Below are positions 29,687-38,736 of a DNA stretch of 64,000 nucleotides, one piece after another. The DNA comes from Deferrisomatales bacterium (GTDB lineage: Bacteria; Desulfobacterota; Deferrisomatia; Deferrisomatales; JACRMM01): contig JAWSUI010000003.1 of NCBI GenBank assembly GCA_033551855.1, forward strand, positions 1 through 64,000, read 5' to 3'. A model generated the notes under the pieces. The model did not search any database. It had not been told where the DNA came from and saw nothing but the letters and a program-made list of their open reading frames with translations. The stretch's first letter is position 1, and the number at the start of each line of letters is the position of its first letter. Position numbers and translations under genes: made by a program.

Positions 29687-32508
29687 GGCTTCTCCTTTCG
29701 CCCCCGGAGCGCATACTCGCGCACCAGGAGGTTTGCCACCAGGGCGGTCCAGCCCGTCTGGTGGGACGCACCCAGCCCCTGGCCGGTCTCTCCGTGGAAG
29801 TATTCGTGGAAGAGGAGCAGGTCCTCCCAATGGGGATCCCCCTGGAAGGGGCTGTCCGGCGGAAAGATCGGCCGCAGGCCCCGGTCGTTGCGCCGGAACA
29901 GCCCGAGCAACCGCTCGCTCACCAGGTCCGCAGCCTCCCCCAGCGTGACGGGCTGATGGCCCGGCGCCGTGACCGTAAAGGAGTCGCCCAGGTAGCGGTG
30001 GAGCTTCTCCAGAGCCCGGACCAGGAGGAAGTTGAGCGGCATCCACACCGGCCCGCGCCAATTGGAGTTGCCGCCGAAGAGCCCCGACTCGGACTCTCCC
30101 GGCTCGTAGGGGATGGTAACCTCGCCGAGTCCGGGGACGTCTCCCAGGCTGCGACCGTCCCCGTGAGCACGGCTCAACGCGCGCGCGCCGTGGGGCGAGA
30201 GGAACTCGTCCGCGCTGAGCACCCGTGCCAGGATGTCCGGCAGATGGGCCGGAAGCGCCAGGGAAAAGAGGTGCGAGCCCTCGGGGTTCTCGGTATGGGG
30301 ACAGGCACAGACGATGTGGCCGTTGTAGACGCCCCCCGCATGCCCCTGGAGGAACTCCCGGTAGCGGGGGAGCTTCGCGAGGGGACCCGGCCCGACGACC
30401 TCGGCGCCGAAGAGCGGGATCATTCCCACCCACGAGAACACGGAGAGCGGGTAGCTCCCGCCCGGCGTGGCCACCGCGTCCTTGAAGAACCGGTCGCGCT
30501 CGTCCCACAGGGCTACGCCGGTCTCGGACCAGCCGTGCATGGCCTCGGCGATGGCGAAGAACTGGCCGTGGAGCTGGATCGCCAGGTCCTGGTATGCCGG
30601 CTCGTCTTGGGCCAGCTCGATGGCCATGGCCGTGAGGTTCAGGGCGTACAGGGCCATCCAGCCGCTGGCGTCGGCCTGCTTGAGGCGGTACCCCGGCGGC
30701 AGGGGCCGCGATCGGTCGTAGACCGAGATATTGTCGAGCCCCATGAACCCGCCCTCGAACACCGCCCGGCCGTCGGGGTCCTTGCGGTTGAGCCACCAAG
30801 GGTAGTTGAGCAGCAGCTTGTGGAATACTCGGTGCAGGAAGTCCCGGTCGCCCGCACCCCGGCAGGCGCGTTCCGCTTCGAAGCACTCCAGGGCGGCCCA
30901 CGCCTGAAGCGGCGGGTTCACGTCGCCGAAAGCCCACTCGTAGGCCGGGACTTGGCCGTTGGGGTGCTGGTAGCGATGGCCCAGGAGCACCTCCGCCTGC
31001 TCCTTGGCGAGATCCAGGTCCACCAGGGTCAAGGCCACGCAGTGGAAGGCCAGGTCCCAGGCGGCGAACCAGGGGTACTCCCAGGTATCGGGCATGGCGA
31101 TGACGTCGGCCGCCTTGAAGTGGCGCCAGGCGCGGTTGCGGCCGTGCTTGCGGCTCTCCGGCGGAGGCAACGCGTCGCCATCCAGCCAGCGCGCGACGTC
31201 ATAGTGGTAGAACTGCTGGGACCAGAGGAGCCCCGCCAGGGCCTGGCGGTGGATGGCCGCGTCCTCCGGCGTCGCGCTCGGCAGGAGGGCGTCGTAGAAG
31301 GCGTCCGCTTCGGCCCGGCGCGCGTCGAGCGTCCGGTCAAACCCGCGAAAGGAGCCCTTTCGCGCCGGCGCACCGAAGAGGAGGCCAGTGAGTCCCGCCG
31401 CAGCGCCGAGGAATCCCGGTGCGGCCGCGGGCGCCTTGCCACGGCCGCCCTTCGAACGGCCCTTCCGGCCGAGGCGCTCGAGGACCTCGGCCCGGGCGGC
31501 GCCGTGGGTGTCTGTGCCGCAGACCTCGCCGGGTTGGGACGCAAGCACCAGCTCCACCGAAGCCGACTCTCCCGCGCCCATGGTGAGGACCGTCCACGCG
31601 GCGCACTTGGTCCCTGTCCGCGCCGGATTGACCGAAGTCTCCTCTTTGCCGATCACTCGCCGGTGGAACGCGTCCTTGACGTAAGGGCCCGGGTTGGCGA
31701 CGTTCCACAGCCTCTCGAAGTTCGTCTCGTTCTCGGTGAACAGGAGCTCGGCCTCCTGGGCGCCGAAGAAGTGGTAGGCTCCCAGCTCCGGGTGCTCGCC
31801 GTGCACCGCCCAGGCCGCCCCGGCGGGCGAGTCCACCGCATACAACCGCGGCCGAGCGGCTTTCTCCTCCAGGTTCGCCCACGACCAGGTGTTGCGAAAC
31901 CACAGGGTGGGCAGCAGATGCAGGGTCGCCGCGTCGGGACCCCGGTTGTGGGCGGTAATCCGGGCCAGCACCGCGCCCGGGTCGAGCTTGGCGTACACGA
32001 CCTCCACGTCCCAGTAGCGGTTGTCTTCGAATACCCCGGTGTCCAGAAGCTGGAAGGCGGGGTCCCGTCGACTGCGCCGCCGCGCCTCTGCGGCAAGGAG
32101 CGCGTATGGATACTCCTCCTGAGGATACTTGTAGAGATAGCGCAGGTAGCTCGCGGTGGGGGTTGCATCGAGGTAGAAGTAGAGTTCCTTGACGTCCTCA
32201 CCGTGATTGCCCTCGTTGCCCGTGAGGCCGAAGGCCCGCTCTTTCAGGATCGGATCCCGCCCGTTCCACAGCGCCAGCGCCAGGCACAGCCGCTGGCCCC
32301 GGTCGCACAGGCCGGCCAGGCCGTCCTCGCTCCACCGGTAGGCCCGGGAGCGGGCCTGGTCGTGGGAGAAGTGCTCCCACGCCGTGCCGTCCGCGCTGTA
32401 GTCCTCGCGCACCGTGCCCCACGCCCGCTCGGCGAGATAGGGCCCCCAGAGACGCCAGTCCTCGCGCCCGGCCCTCCGGGCCTCCAACCGCTTCTGCTCC
32501 GCGTTCAT
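29683..32508 (-). CDS. GH63-like (MGH1-like) glucosidase
   Basis: WGPYLAERAWGTVREDYS, EYPWFAAWDLAFH, NSNWRGPVW, GASHQTGWT. Confidence 0.9.
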   Translation of the reverse strand: MNAEQKRLEARRAGREDWRLWGPYLAERAWGTVREDYSADGTAWEHFSHDQARSRAYRWSEDGLAGLCDRGQRLCLALALWNGRDPILKERAFGLTGNEGNHGEDVKELYFYLDATPTASYLRYLYKYPQEEYPYALLAAEARRRSRRDPAFQLLDTGVFEDNRYWDVEVVYAKLDPGAVLARITAHNRGPDAATLHLLPTLWFRNTWSWANLEEKAARPRLYAVDSPAGAAWAVHGEHPELGAYHFFGAQEAELLFTENETNFERLWNVANPGPYVKDAFHRRVIGKEETSVNPARTGTKCAAWTVLTMGAGESASVELVLASQPGEVCGTDTHGAARAEVLERLGRKGRSKGGRGKAPAAAPGFLGAAAGLTGLLFGAPARKGSFRGFDRTLDARRAEADAFYDALLPSATPEDAAIHRQALAGLLWSQQFYHYDVARWLDGDALPPPESRKHGRNRAWRHFKAADVIAMPDTWEYPWFAAWDLAFHCVALTLVDLDLAKEQAEVLLGHRYQHPNGQVPAYEWAFGDVNPPLQAWAALECFEAERACRGAGDRDFLHRVFHKLLLNYPWWLNRKDPDGRAVFEGGFMGLDNISVYDRSRPLPPGYRLKQADASGWMALYALNLTAMAIELAQDEPAYQDLAIQLHGQFFAIAEAMHGWSETGVALWDERDRFFKDAVATPGGSYPLSVFSWVGMIPLFGAEVVGPGPLAKLPRYREFLQGHAGGVYNGHIVCACPHTENPEGSHLFSLALPAHLPDILARVLSADEFLSPHGARALSRAHGDGRSLGDVPGLGEVTIPYEPGESESGLFGGNSNWRGPVWMPLNFLLVRALEKLHRYLGDSFTVTAPGHQPVTLGEAADLVSERLLGLFRRNDRGLRPIFPPDSPFQGDPHWEDLLLFHEYFHGETGQGLGASHQTGWTALVANLLVREYALRGRKEKP

Positions 32509-32674
32509 GGGTTCCCCTCCGGACCGTGAGGCCCGGTGTCAAGTCCGGGGGCGTCCCGCGGCGTCCCCGCGTTTCCGTGCCAGTCCCCGGTGCCCGGTCG
32601 TGCGGCCGGCCGAGTGCGCACCAAGCCGGGAGGGCGGCGACTCCCGGTCCTCCCCGCTCTTGCCGGCGCCGGTC

Positions 32675-32842
32675 TCAGGGCGTCTTCTTGACGGCGTCTT
32701 TGACCTGGAACTCGACACCGCACTTGGGGCACATGATCACGGTGTCCTTCGTGATGGCGTCCTTTTCCTTCGTCTGGGTGCCGGCGCAACCGAAGGCGGC
32801 GAGGGCGAGGCCGAGGGTCGCGAGGGCTAGCAGGTTCCTCAT
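32675..32842 (-). CDS. Small lipoprotein with CxxC
   Basis: AGGAGG RBS, lipobox-like AFGC, CPKCG. Confidence 0.75.
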   Translation of the reverse strand: MRNLLALATLGLALAAFGCAGTQTKEKDAITKDTVIMCPKCGVEFQVKDAVKKTP

Positions 32843-33005
32843 GGTGTTCCTCCTTGGGAGGGCGGTGGGGCGGACGAGCTGTCCGACCCTTCTGTGGGCT
32901 ACGGTAGGGCAGGAAACGGGGGCCGCCGGCCGGCGCTGCATCGCGCCTCGCGAAGCCGGGCCCGGTGCCGAGAATCGACTACGCTGTTCTTCCCCTCCCT
33001 TGCTT

Positions 33006-33032
33006 GGTCGCGCGCAGCCCGGAAATCTTACG
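33006..33032 (-). promoter_or_regulatory. Candidate ECF sigma promoter
   Basis: CGTAAG-N16-CGACC. Confidence 0.5.
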
Positions 33033-33056
33033 CAACGCAGGACAGCGGGGGTCTCG

Positions 33057-33863
33057 CTACCCTCCGGTGCGAAACCCGGGGTACAAGGTCATGCCGCCGT
33101 CCACGAAGAGCGAGGCGCCGGTGACGTAGTCCGCCTCGTCCGAGGCGAGCCACGCCGCAGCCTTGCCGATGTCGGCGGGGTCGCCCACCCTGCCGTAGGG
33201 AATGAGCCGCAGGAGTTCGGCCTCGGCCTCGGGCGTGGCCCAGGCAGCGGTGTTGATCGGGGTCTTGACCGCCCCCGGGCAGATGCTGTTGACCCGGATC
33301 CGCTGGGGGGCGAGCTCCTGTGCCAGTGACTTCATCAGCATCAGCACGCCCCCCTTCGACGCCGCGTAGTTGGCATGCCCTGCCCAGGGGATCACCTCGT
33401 GCACCGAGGAGATGAAGAGGATCTTCCCGGTCGCCCGGGACACCTCGGGTACCGCGCCCCGCCGCAGGAACTCGCGCACCGCCTCTCGGGAGCAGAGGAA
33501 GGCGCCGGTGAGGTTCACCGAAATCACTCGGTCCCACTGTTCCAGGGTCATGTGCGCGACCGGGGCGTCCTGCTGGATGCCGGCGTTGTTCACCAGGATG
33601 TGGAGCGTGCCCCAGTTCTCGAAGAGCTGGCGAAACATCGCCCGGACCTCGGCCTCGTCGCCCACGTCGCCGGGAACCGACACGGCCTCGCCCCCCGCCT
33701 CGCGGATCTCGGCCACCACGCGCTCTGCCTCCTCGGGCCGGGCGACGTAGTTGACCGCCACCGCGGCTCCGGCGGCGGCCAGGGCCCTGGCGACCGCCTC
33801 GCCGATTCCCGAGTTGGCACCGGTCACCAGGGCCGTCTGGCCCGCCAGGGATTTGGCCCCCAT
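33057..33863 (-). CDS. SDR oxidoreductase, glucose 1-dehydrogenase-like
   Basis: TGANSGIG, NNAG, SSVHEVIPW, YAASK, DGGMTLYP. Confidence 0.9.
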   Translation of the reverse strand: MGAKSLAGQTALVTGANSGIGEAVARALAAAGAAVAVNYVARPEEAERVVAEIREAGGEAVSVPGDVGDEAEVRAMFRQLFENWGTLHILVNNAGIQQDAPVAHMTLEQWDRVISVNLTGAFLCSREAVREFLRRGAVPEVSRATGKILFISSVHEVIPWAGHANYAASKGGVLMLMKSLAQELAPQRIRVNSICPGAVKTPINTAAWATPEAEAELLRLIPYGRVGDPADIGKAAAWLASDEADYVTGASLFVDGGMTLYPGFRTGG

Positions 33864-33882
33864 GTCCTTCCTCCTCCTGCGC

Positions 33883-33899
33883 CGGCCCCTACGGGGCCG
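33883..33899 (-). promoter_or_regulatory. SECIS-like hairpin
   Basis: CGGCCCC-GUA-GGGGCCG starting at nt 14 after UGA 33913-33915. Confidence 0.7.
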
Positions 33900-34893
33900 C
33901 GATGGAGCCCCCTCAGGTGAAGCCCGCGCCGGCAGTGCAGGCGTAGCAGTGATCCCCGGTGGGGATGGGGGTCCCCGGGATCGGGGGTCCGTCCATCTGG
34001 GAGACGTGGCGCCGCTTCCCTCCCAGGGCGAGGCCCCGGGCCAGGTTGAAGTCGCAGTCGTGCAGGTAGCCCTCCCAGTCCACCGAGACCAGGGTCCGGC
34101 ACATGAGCCCCTCGACGGTGCAGGGGTTGAAGGCCCCGGCCAGCTTCTCCAGGTAGCCGTCCAGGTTGCCCGAGGCCTTGAGCCAGGCTCGGAAGCGGCC
34201 CACCGGCATGTTGGCGAAGGTGTAGAGACGGCTGAAGGCGATGTCCCACTTGCGGGCGAGCTCCCGGCGGATGCGCTCCTCGGCCTGGGCCTGCCCCGGG
34301 GGCAGGAACGCCCCCGTCGGGTTGGAGACCAGGTCGAGCTCTAGGCCCGAGCCCTCCCGGCCGTACCCCGCCTCGTTGAGGCGCCGGAGCATCGCCAGGG
34401 TGGTCTCGAACACCCCGTCGCCCCGCTGGGCGTCGGTCTGCCCGCGGTTCGTGGCGGGGAACGAGGCCACCACGGTCACCCGCAGCCGGGAAAACACCTC
34501 GATCAGATGCTCGCGCTCGGCCAGGGCGGTGAGATTCGAGCGGAGCATGAGGCGCGGGGCCAGCGGCGCCAGCCGCTCCAGGAAACCCGCCAGCCCCGGC
34601 ACCAGCTCGGGGGCCCCGCCGGTCACGTCGATGACGGCGAACCGGCAGCGCTTCGCGTACGCCGCGACCGCGTCCATGGTCGCGGCCGACATCACCTCGG
34701 CCCGCTCCGGCCCGGCGGCCAGATGGCAGTGCCGGCAGCGCTGGTTGCACAGGAGCCCCACGTTCACCTGGAGGATGGCGGTCTCGGCCCGCACCAGCTC
34801 GAGCCCGTGGGAGGCCAGGTTCTCGGCGAAGGATTCGGGGGCGGCCGGCGAAGGTCCATCTGCCGGTGTCCGCCGCAGGCTCAGGGCTTCCAC
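33889..34893 (-). CDS. arsS: ArsS-type radical SAM (seleno)protein (Sec at UGA 33913-33915)
   Basis: CNQRCRHC, TGGAPE, LMCR..SVDW.G.L.DCDFN, C-terminal HCYACTAGAGFT-U-GGSIAAP-stop. Confidence 0.87.
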
Positions 34894-34900
34894 GTCTACC

Positions 34901-35233
34901 TCACAGGGAGAGCTTCTTGGCGATCTTTCGCATCTGGACCCCATGCACCAGGGAAGCGCCTCCGCGAATGGCATTGGCCACGTGCACGGCTTCGGTCATC
35001 TCGCCCAGGTTCGAGCCCTTCTCCAGGCACGCCTGGGTGTAGGCGTCGATGCAGTAGGGGCACTGCACCGCGTGGGCCACCCCCAGCGCGATCAGCGCCT
35101 TCTCCCGCTCGGTCAGCTCCCCTTCCGCGAAGACCGCGCCGTAGTAGTCGAAGAACTTCTTCGCCAGGTCCGGGGCTTCCTCGCCGATCTCGGGGAACTT
35201 GGCCAGATCCTCGGGGTCGTAGTAGGTGCGCAT
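34901..35233 (-). CDS. AhpD/CMD-family peroxidase-like protein associated with ArsS
   Basis: MRTYYDPEDL, QCPYCIDAY, GGASLVHGVQM; directly upstream of arsS. Confidence 0.9.
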   Translation of the reverse strand: MRTYYDPEDLAKFPEIGEEAPDLAKKFFDYYGAVFAEGELTEREKALIALGVAHAVQCPYCIDAYTQACLEKGSNLGEMTEAVHVANAIRGGASLVHGVQMRKIAKKLSL

Positions 35234-35301
35234 GGCTTGACCTCGTGCCCCGCCCGGAGCCCCTGCGAGCTCCGGGCGGGGGATGGGCAACGGTACGTCC
35301 T

Positions 35302-37614
35302 CTACTTCGGATGCGGCGAGAAGATCGCGTTGTCGTGGTAGAGATGGTCGAACTGGTAAAAGATCTGCCCGGCGGCCCGGGGCGCCTCGATCGTCACGTC
35401 GCGCGACGCCCCGCCGAACACCGGCGCGCCGTGGGCATAGGTCCGATCGACCCAGAAACCCTGCGCTGGATCGTCCGGATCGATGTAGAGCGAGCCGTTG
35501 GCCGGGTTGAGGTGGAGAAACGGCTTGAACGCCGGCACCGGCGGGATGATGTCGCCGCCTTCCGGGTTGGGGTTGCGCAGGAACGGCGGGAAGAAGAGCA
35601 CGTCAGGCACGCCGTCGCCGTCGGTGTCGATGTTCTTCATGCCGAGGGGATGAAAGCCGCTCAGATCGACTCCGCATGGTGAACCGGCGGGAAAATCATC
35701 CAGTGTGCACATGCGGGCGATTCCGAACCCTTCCGTCGTACTGCCGATGAGCAGCCCGGGTGTCTCGTCTCCTTCCCGGAGGGGATGAGCGCTGGGCTCG
35801 GCCACGCTGCCGATGACGAAGGGCGGCGGGTTGAAGCGAAAATCGCCGCCGCGATGGACCTCGGAATACTGGTAGCCGAACCGCTCGTCACCCGCGCCGT
35901 CGAAGAAGGCCGCAAGCTCGACTTGATCGATGTCGCGGGAGAAGACGTCGGGCTGCTGGATGACGTCGAAGCCCGGGCGGAAACCCCAGCCGGCCCGCCA
36001 CTGCATCTCGGCGACCTTGGGCGCTCCGTAGATCGGCTTGAAGTCGAAGATCTCGAAGCTGCTGCCGGCCGAGCTGCCCACGTCGCTGCCGCCGGCGATG
36101 AAGTCCGTCAGCCGCGGTCCGAAGTCCACCACGCGGTAGTAGTGCGTGTTGCTGTCCAGGTTGATCACCTTGACCCGCAACCAGTCGCCCTGGCCGAAGG
36201 TTTCGATATCCCCGGCGCCAACGGGGCCGTCGCCGTACATCTTCTGGTTGAGGAAGACGCTCACGTAATCATAGGGGCCGAAGTCGTCCGGCGCCAGGGC
36301 GTCCTCGGCGGTCAGAACGTCCCAGGCCTCGGGAGGTAGTTGCAGGTGATTCGCGGCCAGGCCCACCCACTCATCCCACGTGCCGCGCGGCTCCACGGCC
36401 TCTTCGCTGAGCATGGCCAGAACCTCGGCGGGCGGCGCACCGCCCTCGAGCACGGCCTGGGCGACGACATACATCTTCTTCTCCGGGGCGGCGTCGCCGA
36501 TGTCGTCGATGGTCAGCTCTCGATGGCGCTCGGCGAAGCTGCGTCCCTCGGGATCGAGCTCGGTCTCGCCGGTGTGGACGTTGACGATCTCGAAGACCGG
36601 CTGCAGGAATTGGGATTTGGGCGGATGGGCGCGCCAGCCCCAGGTGTAGATGCCGCCGACATGGGCAATGGGCGGATGATCGACGGTGATTTCGGCAACC
36701 GTACCGTCTACGACCGTCTCCCAGGTGGTATCGAAGGCCTTGAAGCCCAAGGGCGCGCTGCCGGGGCGGGCGTGATCCATCATCATGGTGATGGGCGCGA
36801 ACTCCTCGCGTTCTTCGGCATAGATGCGGTAACGGATGCGCAGCAGGTCATTGGGGTGCGCCGCCACCGGCACGACGATCAGGAACGTGTCGGAATCGAA
36901 CCCGTCGTCGTACCAGAGCTGGTTCACGGTCACTTCCCAGATGGTGCGCTCTTGTCCGTCGATGCTCACGGCGGTATCGCCGCTGTCGCGCAGCCGCTTC
37001 ATCTTGTACTCACCGGGAACGTGGTCGTCCACGAAGTCGCCCCGGTTGTAGTTGAGCATGGCGAAGCCGTCGTAGATGCGGCCTTGCGTGGTACCGAGCA
37101 GAATATCGCGCAGCTCCGCGGCTGCGGCCTCCATGGCCTCCTGCACGCCGTTGTCTGCCGCCGTCTCGAGAGCGCTCAGCGCCTGCTCCATGTCGTCGTT
37201 GGGGCTCGACACCTGGGTGATTTCGTGCCCCGTCAGGCTTTGCGCGCCCACGGCATCTTGCACGAACCTCTCGGCAATCAGTGCCTGATTGCCGTTCCCA
37301 TCGATCTGCAGGGTGTTGGGGATCAGGACCTGCTGCCCCGAGAGCTCGGACAGCACCGGCTCGACGATGAAGGCGTTGAGGGGTTGCTGCGCCGGGTCGT
37401 TGGGGTCGGGAACGGGGAGCGCGACGGGCTCGTCAGGAGGCGGAGGATCGGTCACGGGCGGATCGACCACGTCCCCGTTTTCGCCGTTGCCGGGCAGTTC
37501 GCCGTCGATCGGCGGGCCCTCGACCAAGCTCGGGCCGCTCGAGCCGGAACAACCGGCCAGCGCGAACAGCAGCGCCAGGCCAAGGACGAGCGCGCAGGGA
37601 ACGAACTTTTTCAT
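35302..37614 (-). CDS. Large acidic lipoprotein of unknown function
   Basis: GAGGAG RBS, lipobox LAGC, about 770 aa, Asp/Glu/Pro-rich. Confidence 0.85.
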   Translation of the reverse strand: MKKFVPCALVLGLALLFALAGCSGSSGPSLVEGPPIDGELPGNGENGDVVDPPVTDPPPPDEPVALPVPDPNDPAQQPLNAFIVEPVLSELSGQQVLIPNTLQIDGNGNQALIAERFVQDAVGAQSLTGHEITQVSSPNDDMEQALSALETAADNGVQEAMEAAAAELRDILLGTTQGRIYDGFAMLNYNRGDFVDDHVPGEYKMKRLRDSGDTAVSIDGQERTIWEVTVNQLWYDDGFDSDTFLIVVPVAAHPNDLLRIRYRIYAEEREEFAPITMMMDHARPGSAPLGFKAFDTTWETVVDGTVAEITVDHPPIAHVGGIYTWGWRAHPPKSQFLQPVFEIVNVHTGETELDPEGRSFAERHRELTIDDIGDAAPEKKMYVVAQAVLEGGAPPAEVLAMLSEEAVEPRGTWDEWVGLAANHLQLPPEAWDVLTAEDALAPDDFGPYDYVSVFLNQKMYGDGPVGAGDIETFGQGDWLRVKVINLDSNTHYYRVVDFGPRLTDFIAGGSDVGSSAGSSFEIFDFKPIYGAPKVAEMQWRAGWGFRPGFDVIQQPDVFSRDIDQVELAAFFDGAGDERFGYQYSEVHRGGDFRFNPPPFVIGSVAEPSAHPLREGDETPGLLIGSTTEGFGIARMCTLDDFPAGSPCGVDLSGFHPLGMKNIDTDGDGVPDVLFFPPFLRNPNPEGGDIIPPVPAFKPFLHLNPANGSLYIDPDDPAQGFWVDRTYAHGAPVFGGASRDVTIEAPRAAGQIFYQFDHLYHDNAIFSPHPK

Positions 37615-38016
37615 GGCTCTCTCCTCGGGTGATATTTCCACCCCGTATCGCGTGGGCGCCGGGTTGCAGGGCGCGGACAACGTAACCAGGCTTCACGTTT
37701 TCTCCCCGAGCCCGGCAACGAATCCTGGTGGGTCCGCTTCGCTCGAACCACCCTACGGCCTACGACCGCCGTGCACAGTTTGGGGCTCGGCCGGGGGTCT
37801 CGTACGGAGGCGGCGCAGGCGGCTTTGGCGATGCCCTCCGCCTCCTTTGCACGACCGTCACGGGCCCGCTACACCGTCACGGGATCTTGCGCCGCCGGAG
37901 GACAGGCCCCCGGGTCGGTCTGAGGCGTCTCCTTGGTCGTTGCGGAATGGAAATCCTTTCACCGCGTCTCTCCTGGGGTTGCCGTGTCGCGCGCCGTGCG
38001 CGCCTCGGCCCTCCGG

Positions 38017-38673
38017 TCACGGGACGCTGCGCAGGTCCCTGAGCACGGCCAGGGTCTCGGCCGGGTCGGGCCGCACGGTGTAGTCGGGGCTCGCGGCGGC
38101 GTAGCGGATGATGCCGTCGGTGCCGATCACGAAACGGGCCGGGATCGGGAGCGTCCAAGAGTCGTCTCCGTTGTACAGGGGCAGGCGGATGCCGAACCCC
38201 TCGTATACGGCTCTCAGGTCGGCCGGCATGGTGTACACCAGGCCGTACCGTGCGGCCACGCCGTTTCCCCGGTCGCTCAGGACCGGGAACCCCAGCCCCG
38301 CCTGGCGCTCGATGGATTCGTTGCGCCGCTCGGTCTGGGGGGAGACGGCCACCAGGCTCGCCCCGAGCCCGCGGATCTCTTCGAGGACCTCCTGCAGAGC
38401 CTCCAGCTCTGTCTTGCAGTAGGGTCACCAGTTGCCCCGGTAGAAGGTGAGGACCAGGGGTCCCCGGGCCACGAGGTCCCGGGAGCTCACCGGCGTGCCG
38501 TGGGCGTCGGGCAGCTCGAAGGCGGGGGCCTCGTCGCCGACCTTCTTCGCCCCCTCCGCGATCCCCGACCGAAGGAGCTCCTCCGTGGCCCGCCGGGCCA
38601 CGGCCGCCGCCTCCGGCGGCATCATGGCCGCGGACTGCGCCTTCAGGGCGTCCAGCTTCTCTTGCAGCTTCAT
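38017..38673 (-). CDS. Peroxiredoxin-like AhpC/TSA selenoprotein (Sec at UGA 38425-38427)
   Basis: In-frame join gives LTFYRGNW-U-PYCKTELEALQ...VAVSPQ...LPIPARFVI (UxxC). Confidence 0.9.
38395..38411 (-). promoter_or_regulatory. SECIS-like hairpin
   Basis: CAGAGC-UGGAG-GCUCUG starting at nt 14 after UGA. Confidence 0.65.
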
Positions 38674-38736
38674 GGGATGCCTCCTCTCGTGACGCGGGGT
38701 TGGGCGTGTGCCCCGCAACAGCGGGCGAGCCTTCCC

